Of a DNA stretch of 64,000 bases, positions 9,623 to 19,534 are shown one piece after another. The stretch comes from Tagaea sp. Lineage in GTDB: Bacteria > Pseudomonadota > Alphaproteobacteria > CACIAM-22H2. The stretch spans positions 1,472,001 through 1,536,000 of the forward strand of contig CBDIIB010000005.1 of NCBI GenBank assembly GCA_965279525.1. Direction: 5' to 3'. Position 1 is the stretch's first letter, and each line of letters starts with the position of its first letter. Under the pieces are notes generated by a model. That model saw nothing but the letters and a program-made list of their open reading frames with translations. It had not been told where the DNA came from and ran no database searches. The translations under genes were made by a program, and so were the position numbers.

Positions 9623-11740
9623 ATGACGAGTCGCTCGCCCGGATCCCGCGCGCGCCGCGAGCCGCGCCTGGGGCGCGAGGCGGCGGAAGACGACGCGCGC
9701 GAAGAAGGTCTGCGCGCCGACCCCGACGCGCGCGCGCGCCCCTCGCGCGGCCCGAAGCGCGCGAAGAAGGCGAAGAAGCCGGGCACCGTCAGGTGGCGCA
9801 AGCTCGGTTCCCTCGCGGTCAAGTGGGGCGCGGTCGCGTCGATCTGGGGCGCCATCGCCGTCGCCGGCGTGCTCGCGGCCTTCTGGATCACGCTGCCGCC
9901 GATCGACGCGATCAACAAGTTCGAACGCCGGCCAAGCCTCACGTTCGTCGACGGTGGCGGCGAGACGGTCGCCACCTACGGCGATCTCTATGGCGGGCTC
10001 GTGCGCCTCGACGAGATGCCGCCGTGGCTGCCGATGGCCGTGCTCGCGACCGAGGACAGGCGCTTCTACGCGCATTTCGGCATCGATCCGCAGGGGCTGG
10101 CGCGCGCGGCCCTCGCCAATTTCCGCGCGGGCCGCGTCGTGCAGGGCGGCTCGACGATCACCCAGCAGCTCGCCAAGAACGTGTTCCTGACGAACGACCG
10201 CAGCTACAAGCGCAAGGTGCAGGAGATGCTGCTCGCCTTCCGGCTCGAGCGCGCCCTCTCCAAGGACGAGATCCTGACGATCTATCTCAACCGCGTCTAT
10301 CTGGGCGCCGGCACCTATGGCGTGGAGGCAGCGTCGCGGCGCTATTTCGGCAAGTCGGCGCGCGAGGTCAACGCGCACGAGGCCGCGATCGTGGCGGGCC
10401 TGCTGAAAGCGCCCTCGCGCCTTGCTCCCACCGCCAGCATCGAGCGTGCGCGCGACCGTGCGAGCGACGTGCTCGACAACATGGTCGAGGCGGGGTTCCT
10501 GACGCCCGCCCAGCGCGCGGCCGCCGCGCGCCTGCCGATCGCCTCGGCGGGCGCCACGGTGGCGCAACGCGGCAACCGCTATTTCACCGACTGGCTCGCC
10601 GAGCAGGTGCAGGGCTTCGTCGGCTACCAGGCGCAGGATCTCGTCGTCGTCACGACGATGGATGCGCGCCTGCAGCGCGTGGCGGAAACGGCGCTGGAAG
10701 ACATCCTCGCACGCGAGGGCCCCAAGGTCGGCGTCGGGCAGGGCGCTTTCGTGCTGATGCGCCCGGACGGCGCCGTGCAGGCGATGGTCGGCGGGCGCGA
10801 CTATGCGAAGAGCGCTTTCAACCGCGCGGTCGATGCGCGCCGCCAGCCGGGCTCCGCGTTCAAGGCGTTCGTCTATCTCGCCGCCGCCGAGCAGGGCCTG
10901 CGGGCGGACGAAAGCATCGCCGATACGCCCATCCAGCTCGCCACATGGCGGCCACGCAATTTCGACAACAAGGTGTTCGGCGAGATTTCCATCCGCGATG
11001 CCTACGCGCGGTCGGTCAACACGGCCGCCGTGCGCGTGGCCCAGCGCGTGGGCGTCGACAATGTCGTGCGCGAGGCGCGGGCCCTTGGCATCTCCTCGCC
11101 GATCCCGCGCAACCTCTCGATCGCGCTGGGCACGTCGGAAGTAAGCCTGCTCGAACTGACGGGCGCCTACGCTTCATTCGCCAACGGCGGCAACGGCGTG
11201 CTGCCGCACGCGATCCTCGAGATCCGCGATCCGTCGGGCAAGCCGCTCTACCGGCGGGCGGGCTCCGGCCCCGGCCAGGTGATGACGCCGGCCGCCCTCG
11301 CCACGATGACGGACCTGATGCAGGCCGTGGTCACGCAAGGCTCGGGCCGGGCGGCGTCGCTGGGCGACCGGCCGGTCGGCGGCAAGACCGGCACCACCAA
11401 CGACTATCGCGACGCGTGGTTCGTCGGCTTCACGTCCGACTATGTCGGCGGGGCGTGGTTCGGCAACGACGACGGCGACGAGATGGAGCGCACGACCGGC
11501 GGCTCGCTGCCGGCACGCCTGTGGAAGGCCGTGATGCTCGAGGCGCACAAGGGCATGCCGGTGAAAGCGCTGCCCGGTGCGGTCGTGCCCGAAGCGCCGG
11601 GCTGGTTCGCGCGCCTGATCGGCAGCTTCCCGGCATCGGCGCCCGCTTCGCCGGCACCCGTACCCGCCGCGAACGCGACACCGACCGGCAACTACGACTT
11701 CGCCAACGACCCGCTGCTGCGCCAGAACCAGAACCGCTGA
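9623..11740 (+). CDS. Class A penicillin-binding protein (PBP1A family)
   Basis: Transglycosylase EDRRFY/QGGSTITQQLAKN; transpeptidase SAFK, SVN and KTG motifs. Confidence 0.95.
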   Translation: MTSRSPGSRARREPRLGREAAEDDAREEGLRADPDARARPSRGPKRAKKAKKPGTVRWRKLGSLAVKWGAVASIWGAIAVAGVLAAFWITLPPIDAINKFERRPSLTFVDGGGETVATYGDLYGGLVRLDEMPPWLPMAVLATEDRRFYAHFGIDPQGLARAALANFRAGRVVQGGSTITQQLAKNVFLTNDRSYKRKVQEMLLAFRLERALSKDEILTIYLNRVYLGAGTYGVEAASRRYFGKSAREVNAHEAAIVAGLLKAPSRLAPTASIERARDRASDVLDNMVEAGFLTPAQRAAAARLPIASAGATVAQRGNRYFTDWLAEQVQGFVGYQAQDLVVVTTMDARLQRVAETALEDILAREGPKVGVGQGAFVLMRPDGAVQAMVGGRDYAKSAFNRAVDARRQPGSAFKAFVYLAAAEQGLRADESIADTPIQLATWRPRNFDNKVFGEISIRDAYARSVNTAAVRVAQRVGVDNVVREARALGISSPIPRNLSIALGTSEVSLLELTGAYASFANGGNGVLPHAILEIRDPSGKPLYRRAGSGPGQVMTPAALATMTDLMQAVVTQGSGRAASLGDRPVGGKTGTTNDYRDAWFVGFTSDYVGGAWFGNDDGDEMERTTGGSLPARLWKAVMLEAHKGMPVKALPGAVVPEAPGWFARLIGSFPASAPASPAPVPAANATPTGNYDFANDPLLRQNQNR

Positions 11741-11749
11741 GCGCTTGCG

Positions 11750-12808
11750 TCAGATCGCGCGCGCGGCCATCGGCGGCAGGTACTTGTCGGTCCACAGGTC
11801 GGCGACCGCGGGCTTGCGCGGCAGTTCCATGGCGCCCGCGACCTGGTCGATGCCGCGCGCGAAGCGGGCCGGGTCGAGCGTGCCGATGCCCAGCCGCTTC
11901 GAGTGGTCGTTGACGACCTGGTTGGCGAGCAGCCATTTCAGCCGGTCGATTTCCAGCGGCTTGTCGACGAGACCGTCGACGGCGCCCAGCGCGTTGACCG
12001 CGTCCTCGGGCTTGGCGATCGCGTCGCGCCACGCCTTGACGAAGGCGGCCACGACGCCGGGCACCAGCTTCTCGTTCTCGCGCAGGAACTTGCGCGAGAC
12101 CACGAGGCCGTTCGAATAGAAGTCGAGATTGTAATCCGAGAAATAGAGGAACTTGACGTCCTCGCGCTTGATGCCGACGCGCAGCAGGTTGAACAGCGTC
12201 GTCGAATCGAAGCCGGTCACGGCGTCGACGCGGCCTTGCGCAAGGGAGGCTTCCCGCAATGACAGGTCGATCGCGTCGACCTGGATCTTCGACCGGTCGA
12301 TGCCGGTCGACTGCACGAAGGCCGGCAGCAGAAGAAACCCTGCGTCGGTCGGGGGTGCCCCCAGCTTCTTGCCTTCGAGATCCTTGGGCTTGGAGATGCC
12401 CGACTTGGCAAGGCTGATGATCGAGATCGGCGAGCGCGTGTAGAGGGCCGCGATCGCGATGGGCGCGTTCTGCGGGTTGCGCGCGGCAAACTGCACGAGC
12501 ACCGTGAAATCGCTGAAGCCGAAATCGTAGGTCTCGCTCGCCACGCGCTGGATCGAATCGCCGGCCCCGCGCGAAGGGTCGAGTGTGGCTTCCACGCCCG
12601 CTTCGGCAAAATAGCCCTTCGCGGCGGCGAGGAAAAAGGCGGCATTCGAGCCGTCGCGCGGGGCATTGAGCGTGATGCGGATCGGCACGCGGCTCTGGGC
12701 GCGAAGGGCGGGGGCGGCCAGCGTGGCGATGCCGGCGGCACCGGCGGCCAGCAGAATGCGGCGGCGCGACAGGGGCTTGGCGGTCGGCAGGCGCTTGTCT
12801 ATCGTCAT
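11750..12808 (-). CDS. ABC transporter substrate-binding protein, NMT1/THI5-like, Tat-exported
   Basis: SRRRILL Tat signal; KGYFAEAGV and KPKDLEGKKLG motifs. Confidence 0.85.
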   Translation of the reverse strand: MTIDKRLPTAKPLSRRRILLAAGAAGIATLAAPALRAQSRVPIRITLNAPRDGSNAAFFLAAAKGYFAEAGVEATLDPSRGAGDSIQRVASETYDFGFSDFTVLVQFAARNPQNAPIAIAALYTRSPISIISLAKSGISKPKDLEGKKLGAPPTDAGFLLLPAFVQSTGIDRSKIQVDAIDLSLREASLAQGRVDAVTGFDSTTLFNLLRVGIKREDVKFLYFSDYNLDFYSNGLVVSRKFLRENEKLVPGVVAAFVKAWRDAIAKPEDAVNALGAVDGLVDKPLEIDRLKWLLANQVVNDHSKRLGIGTLDPARFARGIDQVAGAMELPRKPAVADLWTDKYLPPMAARAI

Positions 12809-12879
12809 CGGAACTTCCTCCAGTCGGACGCGCGGACGGTTCCCCGAAGCGGGATGTCCGGCAAGGCGCTGCAAGATCC

Positions 12880-13944
12880 ATGACAGACCATTCCCGCCGC
12901 GCATCGGTGCTTTGCCTGTCCTTGCCGCGCGTCGACGATCTTGCGGCACTCGATGCGGCCCTCGGTGCCGGGCTACCCGCCGCACGCGATGTGGTGGCGT
13001 TGCTCGCCAAGACGCAGGGCGACGGCGGGCCGGCCGACACGTCGCGCGCGGCCTTCGTCGCGGCGGCGAAGAAGTGCCTCGCCCGGCATCTGGGGATGCG
13101 CGCCTCGGATGTCGAATCGCGAATCGCGTTCGTCGTGTCGGGCGGCATCGAGGGGGCGAGTGCGCCGCACATGATCGTGCTGTCGCGAAGCGCTTCGCAG
13201 GCACCGCCGCGCGGCAAGGCGCTGGCGATCGGCCGGCATGTGTCTGCCCCGCTGCCGGCGAAGGACACGGGCCGCGTTACGCAGATCGACGCCGCCGCCG
13301 CGGCCGTGCGCGCCGCACTCGCCGACGGCGGGCTTTCGCCCGTTGACGCGCACCTCGTGCTCATCAAGGGCCCGGCCGGCGACGGGGCCGCCGGGATCGC
13401 CGCCGCGCGCGCGGCGACCGCACTGGGGGCGGGCGTGGCGCTGGGCGAATTCTCCCTTGCCGGCGCGCGCAAGGCATGGCGGACGCGCGACATGACAACG
13501 TGGAGTGCGCGCGTCGCGGTTTCGTCGGCCGCCGAGTTCCCGTGCCACGAGGTCGTCGTGCTGGGCAATGCCAGGGGCTGGAGCGGGACCTTACGCATCG
13601 CGCATCGCGCGATGGCCGATCTCGTCGATCTCAGATCGGTCGTCGAAGCACTTGGCGAACTCGGCCTGCGCGCGGCGCCGCAGCTTTCGCAAGGCGCACG
13701 CAAGCGCCTCGTCGCATCCATCGCCAAGGGCGGGCCGCCGCCGGGCGAAATGCTGCGCGGCGTGCCGATGGGACTTGCCAGCGACCAATCGCAGCCCGCG
13801 TTCCGCCGCGTGCGCGGCGCGCTTGCCGGCACCATCGTTGCGGCGACCGGCGAGCCGTTCACGTTTGTTTCAGGCGGCGCCGAACACCAGGGCCCGCCGG
13901 GCGGCGGACTGGTCGCGTTCGTGGCGCGCAGGAAACGGCGTTAG
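12880..13944 (+). CDS. Ring-opening amidohydrolase (AtzD/barbiturase family), divergent
   Basis: KTQGDG, SGGIEG and ARAATALG motifs; C-terminal FVSGGAEHQGPPGGG family signature. Confidence 0.85.
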   Translation: MTDHSRRASVLCLSLPRVDDLAALDAALGAGLPAARDVVALLAKTQGDGGPADTSRAAFVAAAKKCLARHLGMRASDVESRIAFVVSGGIEGASAPHMIVLSRSASQAPPRGKALAIGRHVSAPLPAKDTGRVTQIDAAAAAVRAALADGGLSPVDAHLVLIKGPAGDGAAGIAAARAATALGAGVALGEFSLAGARKAWRTRDMTTWSARVAVSSAAEFPCHEVVVLGNARGWSGTLRIAHRAMADLVDLRSVVEALGELGLRAAPQLSQGARKRLVASIAKGGPPPGEMLRGVPMGLASDQSQPAFRRVRGALAGTIVAATGEPFTFVSGGAEHQGPPGGGLVAFVARRKRR

Positions 13945-15158
13945 CGCTTCGTGAAAGGCCTCACCAGAAAGACGAGGCTCGCCGTCAGCGCCAGCGCGCA
14001 GCCCAGCACCAGCGCGGCGAGTACCACCGGCGTGCCGGCATGCAGCCAGCCGAACGCGATGCCGACGAGGGCGGCCGAGCCCATCTGGATGAAGCCCATC
14101 AGCGCCGAGGCCGATCCCGCCATGTGCGGATAGGGGCCGAGCGCGCCGCCTTGCGCGTTGGGCATGTTGATCCCCATGCCGAGCACGAAGACGGCCATCG
14201 GGAAAACGAGGAATGCCGCCCCGACCACGTCGGGCGTGGCGAGGCCCGTCAGTGCCACCGCCAGCATGCCGGCACCGCCCGCGACGTTGATCGCGGCGCC
14301 CAGCACCAGCATGCGGTCGATGCCGAGGCGCATCGTCAGGTGCGTGGCGATCTGCGCACCGATGAAATAGCCGACCACGCACATGACGAAGTACCAGCTG
14401 TACACGTCGGGGCTGAGACCCAGATCGTCGATCAGCACGAAGGACGAGCCGGAGATGAACGCGAACAGCCCGCTATAGCCGGCCGACACGCAAAGCGCGT
14501 AGCCCAGATAGCGTCGGTCGGCGAGCAGCGTGGCGTAGTTGCGAAGCATGCGGACAGGATCGAGCGCGCTCGCGTCGCGCAAGCGGTTGGTCTCGACCAG
14601 TTTCCACGCCAGCAGTGCGAGCAGCACGGTGGCGAAGAGGACGAGCAGCGAGAAGTTCCACCGCCAGCCGAAATTTACCTCGACGATGCCGCCCAGCACC
14701 GGGCCGATGGCCGGTGCGAACGCCATCACCGAGCCCACGAGGGCGAGCATGCGTGCCGCCCCTTCGCGCCCGTAGACGTCGCGCACGATGGCCCGGCCCA
14801 GCACGACGCCGGCGCACGCCCCGGTGGCCTGCAGGGCGCGCGCCACGATCAGCTGGTCGATGCTGCCCGCGAACGCGCACGCGACCGAGGCCACGACATA
14901 GATCGCGATCCCGCCGATCACCACCGGCCGGCGGCCGAAGCGGTCGGACAGCGGCCCGTAGACGAGCTGGGCGAATGCGAACGCGACCATGTACATCGAC
15001 AGCGTGAGCTGCGTGCCGGCGACGTCGGCCGCAAGGTCGCGCCCGATGGCCGGCAGCGAGGGCAGATAGAGATCGGTCGACAGCGGCCCGATCGCGACGA
15101 GGGCGATGATCAGGCCCAGCAACATGCGGCCGGCGACAGGTGGCGGGGCAGGATTCAC
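13941..15158 (-). CDS. Bcr/CflA family MFS efflux transporter
   Basis: TDLYLPSLP and GPLSDRFGRRPV; multiple TM segments; GTG start overlaps the upstream TGA. Confidence 0.9.
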   Translation of the reverse strand: MNPAPPPVAGRMLLGLIIALVAIGPLSTDLYLPSLPAIGRDLAADVAGTQLTLSMYMVAFAFAQLVYGPLSDRFGRRPVVIGGIAIYVVASVACAFAGSIDQLIVARALQATGACAGVVLGRAIVRDVYGREGAARMLALVGSVMAFAPAIGPVLGGIVEVNFGWRWNFSLLVLFATVLLALLAWKLVETNRLRDASALDPVRMLRNYATLLADRRYLGYALCVSAGYSGLFAFISGSSFVLIDDLGLSPDVYSWYFVMCVVGYFIGAQIATHLTMRLGIDRMLVLGAAINVAGGAGMLAVALTGLATPDVVGAAFLVFPMAVFVLGMGINMPNAQGGALGPYPHMAGSASALMGFIQMGSAALVGIAFGWLHAGTPVVLAALVLGCALALTASLVFLVRPFTKR

Positions 15159-16363
15159 GCGGCCTTCTTCTCGGCCGGCCGGGCCAGCACGAAATAGCCG
15201 AACGCCGTGAGCAGGCCGCCGGCGCACACGCCAAGTGCGGTGGACAGCGGCGTGCCGTCGGACAGGGCGGCCACGCCGACGGTGCCCGCCGCCGCGATGG
15301 TCATCTGCAGGAAGCCTTGCAAGGCGGCCGCCGCACCCGCGATGCGCGGGAAGGGCTGCATGGCGTTGGCCATCGCGTTGGGCATCGCGAGACCGAAGCC
15401 GAACGTGAACACCATCATCGGGGCGACGACCGTGACGGGGTTCGAAAGCCCGGCGAGGACGAAAGCGACGAACGCGATGCCGGACACCGCACAGATCGCC
15501 GAGCCGGTGGCGACGAGCCGCGAGCCGGCAGCACGGTGTGCCATCCGGCTTGCCACGGCCGATCCCGCCAGGAAGCCGATCACCGTGAAGCCCGGCACGA
15601 AACCGAACATCGCCGGCGACACGCCGAACATGTCGATGAACACGAACGGGATGCCGGTCGTGTAGGCCATCAGGCCGGTGAACGTGCCCGACATCGTCAG
15701 CGCGTAGCCGACGTAAGTCCGGCTTCCCAGCAGCGTGCCGAACGAACGCAGCAGGCGCATCGGCTCCAGCGCATGCGGATCGGGATTGCGGTTGGACTCG
15801 TCGAGCCGCAGATACGTGGCCACCGCCACGATCACGGCGAAAAGTGCGAGCACCAGGAACGCGGCCCGCCAGCCGAACCAGGTCTGGAGCTGGCCGCCGA
15901 GGATCGGTGCCAGTGCCGGCCCCACCGCGATCGCCATGCCGATATAGGCAAGCGTGCGCGCGGCTTCGTTGCGTTCGAACCGGTCGCGCGTGACGGCGCG
16001 CGAGACGGTGGCGCCGACGCACGCGCCGATCCCCTGCACGCCGCGCGCGAGGATCAGCGCCCAGATGTTGGGTGCGAGCGCGCAGGCGAGCGTGCCGGCG
16101 AGATAGACGCCGATGCCCGCGAACAGGATCGGCCGGCGGCCGAACCGGTCGGACAGCGGCCCCCAGACGAGCTGCGAGAGCGCGAAGCACGCGAGATAGA
16201 GCGTCATCGTCAGCTTGACCTGCTCGGGCGGAGCCGCGAGCGCTTCGGTCAGCGAGGGCAGCGAGGGGATGTACATCGAGATCGTCATCTGCCCGAGCAT
16301 CACCATCGAGGTGAGCAGGACGATGGTTCCGGGCGTGGCCCGGGCCGCCGGCGTCTCAGCCAT
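15155..16363 (-). CDS. Bcr/CflA family MFS efflux transporter
   Basis: SMYIPSLP and GPLSDRFGRRPI; multiple TM segments. Confidence 0.9.
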   Translation of the reverse strand: MAETPAARATPGTIVLLTSMVMLGQMTISMYIPSLPSLTEALAAPPEQVKLTMTLYLACFALSQLVWGPLSDRFGRRPILFAGIGVYLAGTLACALAPNIWALILARGVQGIGACVGATVSRAVTRDRFERNEAARTLAYIGMAIAVGPALAPILGGQLQTWFGWRAAFLVLALFAVIVAVATYLRLDESNRNPDPHALEPMRLLRSFGTLLGSRTYVGYALTMSGTFTGLMAYTTGIPFVFIDMFGVSPAMFGFVPGFTVIGFLAGSAVASRMAHRAAGSRLVATGSAICAVSGIAFVAFVLAGLSNPVTVVAPMMVFTFGFGLAMPNAMANAMQPFPRIAGAAAALQGFLQMTIAAAGTVGVAALSDGTPLSTALGVCAGGLLTAFGYFVLARPAEKKAA

Positions 16364-17111
16364 GACGCAGCAGCTTCGCGCCGTTTTCGGCAAGCCATGC
16401 GCGCGGGCCCGACACGTCGCCGGCAAGTTCGGCCACCAGCGCCCAAAACGCGGGTCCGTGGTTCATGTGGCGCAGGTGTGCCACCTCGTGCGCCACGACA
16501 TAGTCGAGCACGTCGGGCGGCGCCAGCACGAGGCGCCAGGAAAAGGCGAGCGTGCCGTCGGACGCGGCACTGCCCCAGCGCGTGCGCGGATCGGCGATGC
16601 GCACGGCCTTGAGCTTGCGCCCGATGCCCTGCGACAGCGCATGCGCCTTGGCTGTCAGGATCGTGCGGGCCTGGCGCTTGAGCCAGTCGCGCACGCGGCG
16701 CGCGACGAACTCGGGCGCACCGCCGACCAGCAGTGTGTCGCCGTCGCGCTTCGTCAGCCGGCCGGAGACGTGGCGTACGGTGAGATTCGTGCCCTGGAAA
16801 TCGAAGCGCGTGCCGCAGGCGAACTCGACGCGCGCGGGCACGGCCGCCAGGCGCGCGCGCAGCCAGTCGCCCTGCCGGCGCGCGAAGCGCAGACCTTCCT
16901 CGACCGGCGTGTGCCACGGCACGGTCAATGCGATGGCCCCGTCGGCGGCATCGACGCGCACCGAGATGCGCCGGGCGCGCGGGTTGCGGCGCACGCGCAC
17001 GTCGGTGGTTTCGCCGGGCGCGAGGAGACCTTCGACCGCGACGGTCTTGTCGCGGCCGTCGGTCGGGCGTTTGCCGCGCGGCTTGGGAAACAGGATGCTC
17101 AAAAGGCCCAC
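16356..17111 (-). CDS. M48/YgjP-like (DUF45) zinc metallohydrolase
   Basis: TRWGS and LDYVVAHEVAHLRHMNHG..FW; start codon uncertain. Confidence 0.88.
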   Translation of the reverse strand: MGLLSILFPKPRGKRPTDGRDKTVAVEGLLAPGETTDVRVRRNPRARRISVRVDAADGAIALTVPWHTPVEEGLRFARRQGDWLRARLAAVPARVEFACGTRFDFQGTNLTVRHVSGRLTKRDGDTLLVGGAPEFVARRVRDWLKRQARTILTAKAHALSQGIGRKLKAVRIADPRTRWGSAASDGTLAFSWRLVLAPPDVLDYVVAHEVAHLRHMNHGPAFWALVAELAGDVSGPRAWLAENGAKLLRHG

Positions 17112-17179
17112 AAAACGTTTTTAGGGGCTTGCTCGTGACCGGCGCAAGCGTCGATGATGCGGCAGGGAGAAACGCAAAA

Positions 17180-17962
17180 ATGCCAGTCCTGAAACCAAAC
17201 CAGCTCAAGCGCCGGCTCGCCGGCGGTCGCAAGGCCTTCGGTGCCTGGCTGCACACCGCCAGCCCGATGGCCGTCGAAGTGCTTTCCGGCGTGGGCTACG
17301 ACGCGCTGATCATCGACAACGAGCACGGGCCCGCCAGCCTGCAGGCCACGCACGCGATGCTCCAGGCGAGCGTGCCCTACGACCTTGGCATCGGCGTGCG
17401 CGTGCCCATCGGCGATCCGGTCTATTTCAAGCAGCTTCTCGACATGGGTGCCGACAGCGTCATGGTGCCGATGATCCACAATGCCGACCAGGCGCGTGCG
17501 GTCGTCGATGCCTGCCGCTATCCGCCCAAGGGCTCCCGCGGCATCGGGCCGTGGCGCGCGATGGCCAACGGCGTGTCGATCGACGACTACCGCGCGCACA
17601 TGGCCGAGAACCTCTTCATCATGGTGCAGATCGAATCGGTCGAGGCGATGGCGAATGCCGAGGCGATCGCGCGCGTCGACGGCATCGACCTGCTCGTCAT
17701 CGGCCCCAACGACCTGTCGGGCTCGATGGGCATCGTGGGCCAGTTCGACCACCCGGACCATCTCGCCGCGATGGACCGCATCCTTGCCGCCGCGACCAAG
17801 GCGGGCAAGCCGTGCTGCACCGTTCCTTACGGCAAGTTCAGCACGGGCGCCCTGTTCCAGCGCGGCTACTCGTTCATCATCGCGTCGACCGAATACACGC
17901 TGATGCGCCGTTCGGCCCTGGCCGAGATCGCGGATGCCAAGAAGGCAATGGGCAACGGCTAG
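17180..17962 (+). CDS. HpcH/HpaI aldolase family protein
   Basis: IDNEHG, RYPPKGSRG, VQIES and IGPNDL. Confidence 0.9.
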   Translation: MPVLKPNQLKRRLAGGRKAFGAWLHTASPMAVEVLSGVGYDALIIDNEHGPASLQATHAMLQASVPYDLGIGVRVPIGDPVYFKQLLDMGADSVMVPMIHNADQARAVVDACRYPPKGSRGIGPWRAMANGVSIDDYRAHMAENLFIMVQIESVEAMANAEAIARVDGIDLLVIGPNDLSGSMGIVGQFDHPDHLAAMDRILAAATKAGKPCCTVPYGKFSTGALFQRGYSFIIASTEYTLMRRSALAEIADAKKAMGNG

Positions 17963-17965
17963 CGT

Positions 17966-19228
17966 CTAGCGGCGCGGGACGCGGGCTTTCTTCGGTTTCG
18001 TGAACGTCGCGACCAGTTCGAGGTGGCCGGTCCACAGGAACTGGTCCACGGGGACCACGCGCGCCAGCGTATAGCCGCCATCCACCAGCACGCGCGCGTC
18101 GCGCGCGAAGCTCGCCGGATTGCACGACACCGCCACGACGACGGGCACCGACGAGGCGGCCAGATACGTCGCCTGTTCGCGCGCACCCTCGCGCGGCGGA
18201 TCGAAGATCGCCGCGTCGTATTCGTCGAGCTCTTCCACCAGCAGCGGCCGGCGTTCGAGATCGCGCGCCTCGCACGTCACGCGGCCCGCGCGGAAGCCGG
18301 CGCGGGCCCCGGCCTGCATGGCGGCACTGGCGGCGGCATCGCCCTCGACCGCGTGCACGCGACCGGTGAGCGGGAACGAGAACGTGCCGAGCCCGGCATA
18401 GAGATCGACGATGCGCTTGGCGCGGCCGACCGAGGCCGCGATCTCCGACGCGATCGCAAGCTCGGCGGGGCGCGCGGCCTGCAGGAAGGCGCCGGGTGGC
18501 GGCACCACTTCGACCGTGCCGAACGACACGCGCGGGCTTTCGTGCAGCACGACGATTTCGGGTTCCTCGCCCGTCTCGCGCCGCCAGGCGATGCGCACGA
18601 TGCCGTTGGCTGCGGCGAAGTCGGCGAGCGAGGCGCGCTTGCGCGCGTCGGGGCTGCGCCCGGTGAGCAAGAGGTCGATGCCGTTGTCGGCGGCCGTCAC
18701 GTGGATGTCGAAGGTTTCGGCGGGGCGCAGGAAATCGACAAGGAACGCGCGCAGTGCCGGCAGCAGCGACACGATCTTCGGCAGCAGCACGAGACACGAA
18801 TCGATGTCGACGAGTTCGGTGCTTCCCTCGGTGTGGAAGCCGAGCGTCACGCCGCCTTGCGTGCGCAGGGCCGAAAGCTCCGCGCGCCGGCGTGTACCAC
18901 CGGCGATGCGCAGCATCGGCGCGGGTGCGATGTCGAGACCGCGCGCGGACAGCGCCGCGACGAGCAGCCCCTGCTTCCACGCGACGTAAGAGGCTTCGGC
19001 CAGATGCTGCACGGCGCAGCCGCCGCACGCATGGAAATGCGGGCACGGCGGATCGACGCGGTCGGGCGCCTTGGTCAGGATCTCGACCGCGCGCGCGCGG
19101 TCCTTGCCGAAGCGCTGCGCGCGCACGCGCTCGCCGGGCAGGGCGCCGGGCACGAAAAGCGGGCCGTCGGCGACGCCGTCGCCGCTTGCGCCCAGCTTGC
19201 GGATTTCAAGTTCGACCGTTTCTTCCAT
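17966..19228 (-). CDS. rlmD: 23S rRNA m5U methyltransferase (RlmD/RumA family)
   Basis: TRAM-like N-terminus; CPHFHACGGC Fe-S motif; DLYAGLG, DPPREG and VSCNP. Confidence 0.85.
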   Translation of the reverse strand: MEETVELEIRKLGASGDGVADGPLFVPGALPGERVRAQRFGKDRARAVEILTKAPDRVDPPCPHFHACGGCAVQHLAEASYVAWKQGLLVAALSARGLDIAPAPMLRIAGGTRRRAELSALRTQGGVTLGFHTEGSTELVDIDSCLVLLPKIVSLLPALRAFLVDFLRPAETFDIHVTAADNGIDLLLTGRSPDARKRASLADFAAANGIVRIAWRRETGEEPEIVVLHESPRVSFGTVEVVPPPGAFLQAARPAELAIASEIAASVGRAKRIVDLYAGLGTFSFPLTGRVHAVEGDAAASAAMQAGARAGFRAGRVTCEARDLERRPLLVEELDEYDAAIFDPPREGAREQATYLAASSVPVVVAVSCNPASFARDARVLVDGGYTLARVVPVDQFLWTGHLELVATFTKPKKARVPRR

Positions 19229-19534
19229 GGGGGGCGAGGTGTAGCCGCGATCCGGGCGGCGGCGAAGCGAAACCTCTGCCGGCCCCGGGACTTGACAGGT
19301 TTTGCCCGGCGGCCCCGGTTTTGCCGCGACCCGACCGCGTCCCGGCCGGCCGAGGGCGGATTACCAAATGAAATCAATGGCCGACGCGATGGGATGGGAA
19401 AGGCGACTCGGCCCCCGACGCGAGGCCGCGACCCCGAGCCATTTCCCTCAACCTATTGAAATAACTTGGAATACCAAATTTCCCAAAATCCGATTGGCGG
19501 GGGGGGAGGGGGCGTGTTACGCAAAAACCGTCAG

